Part shown: positions 33,624 to 41,689 of the stretch, one piece after another
Layout of the letters: every line of letters starts with the position of its first letter
Position numbering within the stretch: position 1 is the first letter of the stretch
IMG/VR virus record: IMGVR_UViG_3300012232_000007
Span: 1 to 43,111 of that record
DNA length: 43,111 nucleotides
DNA from: a virus
Taxonomy: Duplodnaviria; Caudoviricetes
Strand: one strand, 5' to 3'
Notes under the pieces: model-generated
Told to the model about the DNA's origin: nothing
Databases searched by the model: none
What the model saw: only the letters and a program-made list of their open reading frames with translations
Program-made: the position numbers and the translations under genes

Positions 33624-33830
33624 TTAGGATCGAAACCGATAGGCGCTTTCGGCGTCGGCCTCGAACCAGGCGGAGTCTACTGAGGTGATTTTGGGGTAGG
33701 CGTGAAAGGTCCCGTACTCGAACGGATGGAGTACCTCGTTAGTGGTCTTGTACTCCTGGCCGTAGTCCTGACCTGGGTCCATCCCCTTCGCCCGCATCTG
33801 TTCAAGCCGCTTCGCAATCGCTGGGTGCAT
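33624..33830 (-). CDS. Small protein, possible LGFP-like wall-binding module
   Basis: GQEY..VLHPFEYGTFHAYP; GGAGGAGG RBS; adjacent to endolysin. Confidence 0.5.
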   Translation of the reverse strand: MHPAIAKRLEQMRAKGMDPGQDYGQEYKTTNEVLHPFEYGTFHAYPKITSVDSAWFEADAESAYRFRS

Positions 33831-34256
33831 CTAACATCCTCCTCCACTGTGCGCGGGCGCCGTCTGCGCATTCGGTCGCGCCGGCGCCTTCTGGTCTATC
33901 GACTCGTGTCGGGCGACAATCTCATCTACGGTCTCTGCGAGATACCTGCGAGCCAGTGGCGGCAGTCGGTGCATCTCGGTACGGGCTTCCGCCCCGGAGC
34001 GGTTCAGATGGTGCGCGGCGTAACTCTTCATCTCATGGTCATACTCCGCGTCGAGCAGTGTGATGAGGTCGTCCACCTGCTCATCCGTCAGGGGGGCCCG
34101 CCCCTCCGGCCGCTGGTGAAACGGGTCAGGGATAAGATGACCCGCCTGCCCCGCCTCGAGCGCATCGAACACCTCCCGCAGAAAGGCCGTGACTTCATTC
34201 TCGTAGGGCGTGATCCACGTGTTCTCGAACCATCGCCCCTCGATCATGGCCGCCAT
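33831..34256 (-). CDS. Hypothetical protein
   Basis: 141-aa ORF in operon. Confidence 0.6.
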   Translation of the reverse strand: MAAMIEGRWFENTWITPYENEVTAFLREVFDALEAGQAGHLIPDPFHQRPEGRAPLTDEQVDDLITLLDAEYDHEMKSYAAHHLNRSGAEARTEMHRLPPLARRYLAETVDEIVARHESIDQKAPARPNAQTAPAHSGGGC

Positions 34257-34385
34257 TCCTTGATACGGCGGGCAACGCGCTGAGTTTGTGAGGGGCAGAG
34301 ACGCGATGGATCTAACCTCCGCCCCGGCTCGGATTGGGGCAGAATGGTCGGTGTCGTCTTCGTAGGGGTAATCGTCGGTGCGGTC

Positions 34386-34820
34386 TCAGTCACGGTAGCC
34401 TCCGGTCTCGTCCCAGGTGCCACGCATCCCCTCCACTTCGTGGGCTAAGAGTGCGTGGCGGATCTCTTCGCGGCTCGGCTCAGTGTGCTCCCTGACCGGC
34501 CAGAGCTGCGGATCTTGCAGCCCCAGCAGCGCGGCCAGGATCTTGCGCAGAAGTCGGAGCCCGAATTGCTTATCCGCCCCCAGCGCATCGAAGGGGCTCA
34601 CGCGGTCTTTCGCGTGCCACAGCTCGGCCTCGGTGAGAACGACGGAGAGCGTCTCCGGGGCATCCTCGCCGGTTAGCTCTAGCATCACACTGCCCAGGCG
34701 CTCTAGCGCTCTGTACGGCACGATGCGCTGGTCCTCGGTGCCGGTCTCGAAGGTCTTGATCTTGTCGACCAGCCAGCAAGCCTCCGTGGCAGTCAGTTCG
34801 ATGCTCGCCTCAGTCTTCAT
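34386..34820 (-). CDS. Hypothetical protein
   Basis: 144-aa coupled ORF. Confidence 0.65.
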   Translation of the reverse strand: MKTEASIELTATEACWLVDKIKTFETGTEDQRIVPYRALERLGSVMLELTGEDAPETLSVVLTEAELWHAKDRVSPFDALGADKQFGLRLLRKILAALLGLQDPQLWPVREHTEPSREEIRHALLAHEVEGMRGTWDETGGYRD

Positions 34821-34998
34821 TCATCCGTCCCGCCTGGTACTGCAGGCGCGCGAATTCCAGGCGGCACGCCTCCACGGTTTGCTCGAGGCTCGCGCGGTCG
34901 TTGCGCTCGCGCAGGAGCAGGAGACGGATGATCTGATCCTCGGTGATCTCGAAGGCGGACATAATCCCAATCATCATCAGATCGTTCTGCCTGAGCAT
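34810..34998 (-). CDS. Small hypothetical protein
   Basis: GGAGG RBS; ITEDQIIRLLLLR..RLEFARLQYQAGRM. Confidence 0.6.
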   Translation of the reverse strand: MLRQNDLMMIGIMSAFEITEDQIIRLLLLRERNDRASLEQTVEACRLEFARLQYQAGRMNED

Positions 34999-35000
34999 CG

Positions 35001-35120
35001 TCACCTCCACATTCCGACGCCCAGCCGCGCGCACAGATAGAGCAGCGCCCCACCGATGCAGAGCGCACCTAACACGGCCAGGGCGAGCTCGATCAGTTGG
35101 GCGCACTCGCGGCGGGTCAT
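35001..35120 (-). CDS. Small single-TM protein
   Basis: MTRRECAQLIELALAVLGALCIGGALLYLCARLGVGMWR*. Confidence 0.45.
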   Translation of the reverse strand: MTRRECAQLIELALAVLGALCIGGALLYLCARLGVGMWR

Positions 35121-35281
35121 CAGACGAGCCGTCCGCCGGCCAGCCAGGCGAGGCAGAGGCACGCAACCGCGAACCAATGCCAGCCGAGTTTATGACCGGC
35201 GATGATCACCTCAGACCCTGCCATGATGAACAGGACCACGGCGATAATCACGAACACGGTGACGGGTTGTATGTCGAGCAT
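35120..35281 (-). CDS. Two-TM membrane protein
   Basis: GGAGG RBS; two hydrophobic segments. Confidence 0.6.
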   Translation of the reverse strand: MLDIQPVTVFVIIAVVLFIMAGSEVIIAGHKLGWHWFAVACLCLAWLAGGRLV

Positions 35282-35285
35282 GGGT

Positions 35286-35531
35286 CTAACCTCCAGGTGG
35301 GTTGAGTGGTTCATTAGGTCGCGCGGGTGGAATCGTCAGGGCCGCATTCGCCCCATCCGAATGGGCTTTGTTCACGGCGCGTTCTGCGAACAGCCAGGCG
35401 ATCACCGGCCCGGCTAGTCCGATGAACACCTCGCTACTGATCAGCCGAGTGATGAAGCCCCAGGTCAGGGCACCGGCGAACATGATGATGATGGCGGGCC
35501 GCACCAGCGCATTTATCGTCTCGGTGGTCAT
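35286..35531 (-). CDS. Holin-like two-TM protein
   Basis: Two TM helices, VIAWLF, polar tail; lysis region. Confidence 0.6.
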   Translation of the reverse strand: MTTETINALVRPAIIIMFAGALTWGFITRLISSEVFIGLAGPVIAWLFAERAVNKAHSDGANAALTIPPARPNEPLNPPGG

Positions 35532-36199
35532 CGGGCAACTCGCTCGACCATGAGGGCTACGAAGCCCATGAGCGAGATGCCGGCCACGAACAGCGAGAGC
35601 ACAAAGCTATTCGACGTCTGGCGGCTCGCATTGGTTTCCCGAGTGCCCAATCCCATGCCCTCGATGCGCGTGAGCCGCTCCTTAATGTCACTGATCTGAG
35701 CAGAGAGCGCATCGGTGGTTGACTGAAAGAGATCACTCTGTTTATTCAACGTCTCCGCCACCGCGCGCTCACTCTTATCGATGGCCTTCTGATTCGCCTC
35801 TCCCTCCTTGGCCGCGGCCGCGGCCTGGGCAGCGAAGGCCGCGTCGACAGCTACCTTGTTGTCCCGAGCCTCGCGCTCTCCCCGCGTATCCCGCTCGGCG
35901 AACTGTGTCTGGATGCTCGAGAGACGTTCGTCGACGGTCAGGAACCGCTGGTTCATCAGTTGCATAAGTTGCTCTAGCCGCTGCTCCAATTCGGCAGGAT
36001 TTTTGTCACGGGCCACCTGGAGTAGCCTGACCGCTTCCGCCATCCCGTCCAGGCGCGCATCGCGGGTTGACACGATGCCATCGATACGGGTTTCGAGGAG
36101 CTCGCGGAGACTGGCAATCTCCCGAGAGAGCGCGATCCGCGTAAGCTCAGTCGGGTCCGGCACGGGCCGCGAGTCGGGTCCGTGGTGCATCGGTTCCAT
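35528..36199 (-). CDS. Coiled-coil protein with C-terminal membrane anchor
   Basis: Long heptad region, KERLTRIEG, C-terminal TM. Confidence 0.7.
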   Translation of the reverse strand: MEPMHHGPDSRPVPDPTELTRIALSREIASLRELLETRIDGIVSTRDARLDGMAEAVRLLQVARDKNPAELEQRLEQLMQLMNQRFLTVDERLSSIQTQFAERDTRGEREARDNKVAVDAAFAAQAAAAAKEGEANQKAIDKSERAVAETLNKQSDLFQSTTDALSAQISDIKERLTRIEGMGLGTRETNASRQTSNSFVLSLFVAGISLMGFVALMVERVAR

Positions 36200-36306
36200 C
36201 AGCCCCTCCTCTCGCCCCGGCCGATCAGGGCCACCCCGACTACCAGCAGGACCATGATCACCAGCGCGGGGAACCGCTCGGCCAACCAGGCGCGGAAGTC
36301 ATCCAC
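36199..36306 (-). CDS. Small single-TM protein (35 aa)
   Basis: MDDFRAWLAERFPALVIMVLLVVGVALIGRGERRG*. Confidence 0.5.
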   Translation of the reverse strand: MDDFRAWLAERFPALVIMVLLVVGVALIGRGERRG

Positions 36307-36691
36307 GGGTCACACCTTCGGTTTGCGTGGCGAGCATGGAAATCTGCCAGCGAGTCCAGGCGGTCAAGAGCGAGATGCCGATGAGCAGGAGTTCGATCAC
36401 AATGATGGCTGCCATAGCCAACTCACTCCCGACGTCAGGGATGCCACTTGGCGTCTGGCTCGGGATCACCAGGGCCCGCACCGCGAGCCCGGCCAGGATC
36501 AGGAAGCAACTCACCAGACCGGTGGCCCGCAGGAGATTGCTGCGCGCCACTACGTACAGCACGGTGTCCGACTGCGTGCGCAACACCGCCACATCCTGCC
36601 GACTGTCGACCACCACCCAGCCACACACGATGAGGCCGAGCAGTGCGATCAGCGCGCGCACGAGCTCCAGCGGCGTCGTCAACTCCGCCAT
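36299..36691 (-). CDS. Three-TM membrane protein (paralog B)
   Basis: Three hydrophobic helices; similar to 36691..37131. Confidence 0.65.
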   Translation of the reverse strand: MAELTTPLELVRALIALLGLIVCGWVVVDSRQDVAVLRTQSDTVLYVVARSNLLRATGLVSCFLILAGLAVRALVIPSQTPSGIPDVGSELAMAAIIVIELLLIGISLLTAWTRWQISMLATQTEGVTRG

Positions 36692-37131
36692 CAGATCGAC
36701 GGCTCCCCCGCCGGGGGGTCGGCTTGCCGCAGTAGCCCGCCCTGCCCCTCCGAGGTAATCTCTATGCGCATCCACTCGCGCACCCGGCGCCGCACGCTGA
36801 CACTCTGCAAGGAGAGCCCGGCCAGCACCACCTCACACGAGAGAAACGCGAAACCAGCCCACACGGCCACCAGATCCGGGTCGCCGGTCGGCGTAGGGCT
36901 CGGCACCGTCATGGCCCGGATGCCAATCAGCGCAAATACCAGTTGCACCCAGCCCAGCCCCAGCGCACCGAGCACGTTAGCCCGCCGAATCAATTGTTCC
37001 GCGCGGGTGTACTTTCCGCTGAGCACCCCGGCATCACGCCACGCATCCAACCCGACCCACAGATGTAAGCCCAACGCCACCAGCGCGGTCATGGTCCACA
37101 GCAGCTCGATTGGTTCCACGGTCGACGGCAT
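36691..37131 (-). CDS. Three-TM membrane protein (paralog A)
   Basis: Three hydrophobic helices; similar to 36299..36691. Confidence 0.65.
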   Translation of the reverse strand: MPSTVEPIELLWTMTALVALGLHLWVGLDAWRDAGVLSGKYTRAEQLIRRANVLGALGLGWVQLVFALIGIRAMTVPSPTPTGDPDLVAVWAGFAFLSCEVVLAGLSLQSVSVRRRVREWMRIEITSEGQGGLLRQADPPAGEPSI

Positions 37132-37427
37132 CAGTCCGTCCGTCGTAAGCGGGGGAGCAAGGCGTCCCGCTCCGCCTGTAAGGCCCGCATCCGCGCCAGT
37201 CGGTCCAGGGATTGTTGGGCGGTGATCTCCGCATCCTGTACGGTCTGCACCTTCTCCGGGGCGATGCGCTCGAGCAGGCGGGTGGTCTCATCCACGATGC
37301 GATCCATCTGCACCTCCACCGCCGCGATCTCCATCTCGTCGGCCACTTCGGCCGATCGCGAGCGCTGGCGCGACCGTCCGCTAAACCAGTCCTTCACGTG
37401 GTGCCACCATGCCCGTGCCCCCTTCAT
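37131..37427 (-). CDS. Hypothetical coiled-coil protein
   Basis: ATGA-coupled; MKGARAWWHHVKDWF. Confidence 0.6.
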   Translation of the reverse strand: MKGARAWWHHVKDWFSGRSRQRSRSAEVADEMEIAAVEVQMDRIVDETTRLLERIAPEKVQTVQDAEITAQQSLDRLARMRALQAERDALLPRLRRTD

Positions 37428-37702
37428 CGCAATCCTCGTAATTCGTCCGACTCTAATTCGTCGGATTGGTCCACCCGATCCCGCACGGTCTCTAGCAGCG
37501 CCTGCGAGGCCCCCTGGGCTCGCAGCGCGGCGAACAGCATGCGGTCGGCCCGGTTCTCCGCTCGCAAGGCCCGCCGCTCCATATCCCGGAACTGTGGCCC
37601 TGGCACCCAAGCGCCTAGATAGAGCGTGATGATCGCCAGGACCAGCGCGATCATCGCCCCTGCGGGACCCGCCAGCCCCTTGATAGCCTCGTCGATAGTC
37701 AC
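37424..37702 (-). CDS. Single-TM membrane protein
   Basis: GGAGG RBS; N-terminal TM then WVPG and coiled coil. Confidence 0.65.
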   Translation of the reverse strand: MTIDEAIKGLAGPAGAMIALVLAIITLYLGAWVPGPQFRDMERRALRAENRADRMLFAALRAQGASQALLETVRDRVDQSDELESDELRGLR

Positions 37703-37723
37703 GCGCCATTACCTCCACCACAC

Positions 37724-38485
37724 TCAGGCGCGCCACTGAACGAGCATTCCGTACCATTTAGCGCCACCGCCTCCCACCGTATCGGTGACCGTGGCAATGA
37801 CTCCGGGCGTGAGGGAGCTAAACGCTCCCAGCATACTGGCCGAACTGCCGCCCACCCGATAAGTGGTGGCCACTACCATCGTGTTCAGGTCGGTCGGGAT
37901 GGTGAACGAAAATGACATGGCGGCGACGTTGCCCGCCGCCCCATCGGAATAGTCTGCCGGGAAGGTGCCCGGGTTATAGAGATCGGGCCTCGGCGTTACC
38001 CACGCATAGCCCATCGTCTGCGTGGTACTGGACGCGCGGGCGATCTCGCGCCAGACGCCACTCCCCTCACTCATGAGCGTCAGGACACTGCCAGCCGAAG
38101 CCACCCAGTTTGCGGCACCTTGGAGCACGATGGCCCCCGCCTGATGGCGCACAGTGGGGGTGCTGTCGAACTCGAGCCAGATGACGGTGCCGGCTTGCTT
38201 CGTGGTAATGGTGTTGACCTGCGTGGTGCCGGTCACGTGGTAATAGTTGCCATCGCCCCCGAGCGCGAGCGCGTTGGCGGATGCGATGTCGGCGCCCTTC
38301 GACTGTTGCAACATCCCGGCGCCGAGCGTGACATGCACCGGCGTGATGGTGGATGCCCCATCCCCTCCAGCCCCGCTATGGGCATGAGTGGAGAGCGCGC
38401 TGAGGTTGTCCCGGATGTGCAGGTTCATAAGCGCGGCCGTGACGACTTCGCCAACGCTCCAGGTCCTCGGGCTCGTCCACGCCAT
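37724..38485 (-). CDS. Tail fibre/receptor-binding protein
   Basis: MAWTSPRTWSVGEVVTAALMNLHIRDNL anchor; KGADIASA..GNYYHVTGTT module. Confidence 0.75.
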   Translation of the reverse strand: MAWTSPRTWSVGEVVTAALMNLHIRDNLSALSTHAHSGAGGDGASTITPVHVTLGAGMLQQSKGADIASANALALGGDGNYYHVTGTTQVNTITTKQAGTVIWLEFDSTPTVRHQAGAIVLQGAANWVASAGSVLTLMSEGSGVWREIARASSTTQTMGYAWVTPRPDLYNPGTFPADYSDGAAGNVAAMSFSFTIPTDLNTMVVATTYRVGGSSASMLGAFSSLTPGVIATVTDTVGGGGAKWYGMLVQWRA

Positions 38486-38495
38486 CAGTTACTCC

Positions 38496-41267
38496 TCAGT
38501 ACGCCAATTTGGTGTCGGTGTCGAGCACCGATCGGGTTTCCACGATCCAGAAGCTGTCGGGCTCAGCGCGGCTCACGTTCCAGAAGATGACCGGCCGAGG
38601 ATCACCCTCCATAACAACAGATTCCTCCACGCCTTCTAAAAAGTAGTCCTCCTCGATCCCGGTGGTGCCCGGCAGCGAGTGATGAATGGTCAGCCTGGTG
38701 CCGATGTCGGCCGCGAACACCAGCGGCCACAGCGCCGAGTCCGCCCAAGGGTCGATCTGGATGCGCCGAAACCGCGACGTTGGCTGACTGCGCTGGTAGA
38801 CCAACCAATCGGCCCAGCCCTGCGCATCCTCCGCCCCGGCGAGTTGCGCGGCGGTAGCCGGGTCCAACTCGAAGTCAATCACGCCGTAGTCGTCTTGGGA
38901 TGCGCTGTCCTCTGCTACCACCGCGGTATCGAGCGCGGTCTGCACCACGGCGACGGAGATGGTGGGTGGCCCAATGACATCCGTCGCATGGAGCGTGGCG
39001 GTCATCAGCGGCACGTCAGTATGGGCCAGGTCGCCCACAAACGAGACGTCGGTTACCTGCCCGACCCAGTTGGCCGCCTGACAGCGCACATTGCCCGGAC
39101 GGATGGAGGGCAGCGCCTCGAGCGCCGCCTGGATCTCGTCCTGGCTGGCGTTCACCAGGATTTGCCCCGTTGTATAGCCCGCAAACGTGAGGTCGAACCA
39201 CCCGCCGGTGACCGTGCCGATGAAGCTGACCCGCTGCACCTCGTCGAGCGAGCCAGTGAACGGGATCGTTACCCGGTTGATCAAGCCGGCATCGTCTAAG
39301 ACCGGCTGGGGCGTGGGAATGGGGTAGTCCCCTTGCGCCCCGAACACGCCGATGCTGGTCTGGGTCAGGCGCCAGTGGCGGTCGTGATAGACCGCCACGC
39401 CACTGGCCTGAATGTAAAATGTGCCCCGTCCCGCTTTAACGATCAGATCAAGGTGCTCGAGTACCGGCGTCTTGACCAGGGATGCGGCCGGCGGTTGGAA
39501 TGTGCCGTCTGAGTCCAGCGTGACCGTCGCAATGCCCGCCGCCGTTAGTACCTCGTCTACTCGCTCCCAGTCGGTCTCCGCCGGGAAATCTGCGGTGATC
39601 TTCTGGCCCAACAATCGCTTATAAAGATCCTGTCCCGCGAGGGTGACATTCGCCCCGAGTACCAAGGGTTCAGCGGCGTAGCTATCAATGAGGACCGTGC
39701 CCCGGTAATACGTCTCGCCGCCGTAGTACGCGACCACCCTCAGCGCGCGCTTCAGCTTGAGATCGGGATAGTACGAGCTGGCGCTATTCTCCGGGTCGAG
39801 CTCGGCATCATCGTCGTCAAAGTCACAACTGAGTGAGCCGGCCGCGATGCCGCTGAGGTTATCCTGTCGCCCTCGCTGCGCCCGGTAGCCCATGAATCGG
39901 GGGCTGAGCTCCTCCCATCCCGGCCCGTCGCCCACCCAATCAGCCGGGTTCGTGGAGGGGTGAAACTGGGCATAGAAACCAGGGATCTCCGCCGGCAACG
40001 TCGGCTGGTCAATGAAGGTATTCGGCCCCAGGCAAATCTGCACATCGCAAGTAGAGGAAGCCCCGGCCCCGGTGACTTCCCACGCGAGCGCATAGAAGAG
40101 ATACTCTCCAGCCAGCGTGAGGGCCGGGATGCTCTGACTGGCCAGAGATATTTGGGCCGCGCTGGTCGTGAGATTGGTGACCGTGGTACCGACCATCGCC
40201 CCGCTCGTCACCTCGGTAGCTCCTTCGCCGGTAGGAGAGAAGCTCCGCCAGATGCGGCAGCGCATACGCCCATCCTGACTGCCACCCACCACAGTCGCCT
40301 GTACCGCGACACTGACCGTCCATGTACCGGCTGCGATCCCACCGCGGTAGATGCCGGTACGGAAGCATTCCCCATCCAGGGGTGCGCCGGAGGGCTGCGC
40401 AGTCGTGCCCCAGTCCCCGGCATCGGTCACCGCCACTCCCCGTTGCATCCGCGCATAGTTCGGAGCGGAGCGCGTGCCCACTCGCCACCCCGTGGAGGTG
40501 GTTGTGTCGAACGGCGACGGGGGATCTCCGCCCACTTGGAGCCGAGCATGATTGGACCCCTGCGCGCGTTGGGTGGGGATGGGGTAAAACGTGTGGACGG
40601 TAGCGAGAGGCGGCTCGGCCCCCGCACCGGCGTTGTAGAGGTCGCTGATGTCTGTGGGGCTAAGGGAGCTCGCCCAGCCGCCCCAGGCGTCGTACAGCCC
40701 CTCTCCGTAGGCGATGCTGTCCCACTGCGTGCCCGCCAGGTTAAACGGCGCCGCGCCGTTAAAGAAGGTGCCCGAGAACGCGACCGAGACTTCGGTGCCG
40801 TTGTTAACCGAGAGATACAGCGTGTTGCCCGAGCGGCGGACCACGATGAAATACCAGGTGTTCGCAACCGGAGCGGCCGACCAAGCGAGGATAGAGGCCG
40901 CCGTCCCGTCCGTGGAGTAGGCGAACGAGAGTTTGTTGGCGTTCCCCTGGTCGGTGAACAGCAGATACGACTTGTTGCCGGCTCCGGTGCCCTTGCCGAG
41001 AATGCCGAGGTACTGCGCGAACGCGGCGGGACTCTTCCACCAGCCAGCGAAGGTGAAGTCACCGCTGCCCAGCTCGAAGGCGGCTTCATCGGCCCGGCTC
41101 AAGTACTCCGAGTTCGCCCATACGCTTTGGGCCGCGTCACCGATCTTGCCCGCCGCGGAGGTGACGGTGTTATTGTCGGTGAGATCCCGGCCGGCGATCG
41201 AATCAACGCGATTCCCACTCGCCTCATTCAGCTTGTAATAGAACTTATCCGGTGTAGGAATGGTCAT
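38496..41267 (-). CDS. Large tail tip/hub protein with N-terminal LamG-like lectin domain
   Basis: YYKLNEASG..GKIG..DFTFAGW..WYFIVV..ISDLYNAG; RGRQ..AG..LDPEN; EVQ module. Confidence 0.8.
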   Translation of the reverse strand: MTIPTPDKFYYKLNEASGNRVDSIAGRDLTDNNTVTSAAGKIGDAAQSVWANSEYLSRADEAAFELGSGDFTFAGWWKSPAAFAQYLGILGKGTGAGNKSYLLFTDQGNANKLSFAYSTDGTAASILAWSAAPVANTWYFIVVRRSGNTLYLSVNNGTEVSVAFSGTFFNGAAPFNLAGTQWDSIAYGEGLYDAWGGWASSLSPTDISDLYNAGAGAEPPLATVHTFYPIPTQRAQGSNHARLQVGGDPPSPFDTTTSTGWRVGTRSAPNYARMQRGVAVTDAGDWGTTAQPSGAPLDGECFRTGIYRGGIAAGTWTVSVAVQATVVGGSQDGRMRCRIWRSFSPTGEGATEVTSGAMVGTTVTNLTTSAAQISLASQSIPALTLAGEYLFYALAWEVTGAGASSTCDVQICLGPNTFIDQPTLPAEIPGFYAQFHPSTNPADWVGDGPGWEELSPRFMGYRAQRGRQDNLSGIAAGSLSCDFDDDDAELDPENSASSYYPDLKLKRALRVVAYYGGETYYRGTVLIDSYAAEPLVLGANVTLAGQDLYKRLLGQKITADFPAETDWERVDEVLTAAGIATVTLDSDGTFQPPAASLVKTPVLEHLDLIVKAGRGTFYIQASGVAVYHDRHWRLTQTSIGVFGAQGDYPIPTPQPVLDDAGLINRVTIPFTGSLDEVQRVSFIGTVTGGWFDLTFAGYTTGQILVNASQDEIQAALEALPSIRPGNVRCQAANWVGQVTDVSFVGDLAHTDVPLMTATLHATDVIGPPTISVAVVQTALDTAVVAEDSASQDDYGVIDFELDPATAAQLAGAEDAQGWADWLVYQRSQPTSRFRRIQIDPWADSALWPLVFAADIGTRLTIHHSLPGTTGIEEDYFLEGVEESVVMEGDPRPVIFWNVSRAEPDSFWIVETRSVLDTDTKLAY

Positions 41268-41689
41268 CCGAAGCCTCGAGGCGGCACGGCGAACCACGGG
41301 CGCACGCGGTGCGTCTCCGGTCCCTCGTTGGCCACCCGCTGCCACTCCTGGCCCTCGATCACGACGGTCAGGGTCGCGGTGTAGCCGATCCCACTGGGCC
41401 CGTCGTACACGTCGACCTGCATGGCACAGGGGAGGTTGGCATTGCGTAACACCGGCGGGTACGGCTCGGTCTGGTCGGTGGGGGCCCGCGTGCCGATGTC
41501 GGGCCGCTTCTCGTCGCCGTCCGCTGGCGCCACCGAATGCGAGCGCAGGCCCTGCCAGAACCGGTTATTGTGCTGAGCCGCAAAGGTGCGCTGCTGCGCT
41601 TCCATCGCGGGCAACAGCCCGTTCATCTTGGCGTCGATCTGTGCGAGGATCTCATCACGCGAACGGTTGGCCTTCGCATTGCCCCGCAT
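41264..41689 (-). CDS. Hypothetical virion protein
   Basis: Coupled between TMP and tail tip; VDVYDGPSGIGY. Confidence 0.7.
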   Translation of the reverse strand: MRGNAKANRSRDEILAQIDAKMNGLLPAMEAQQRTFAAQHNNRFWQGLRSHSVAPADGDEKRPDIGTRAPTDQTEPYPPVLRNANLPCAMQVDVYDGPSGIGYTATLTVVIEGQEWQRVANEGPETHRVRPWFAVPPRGFG

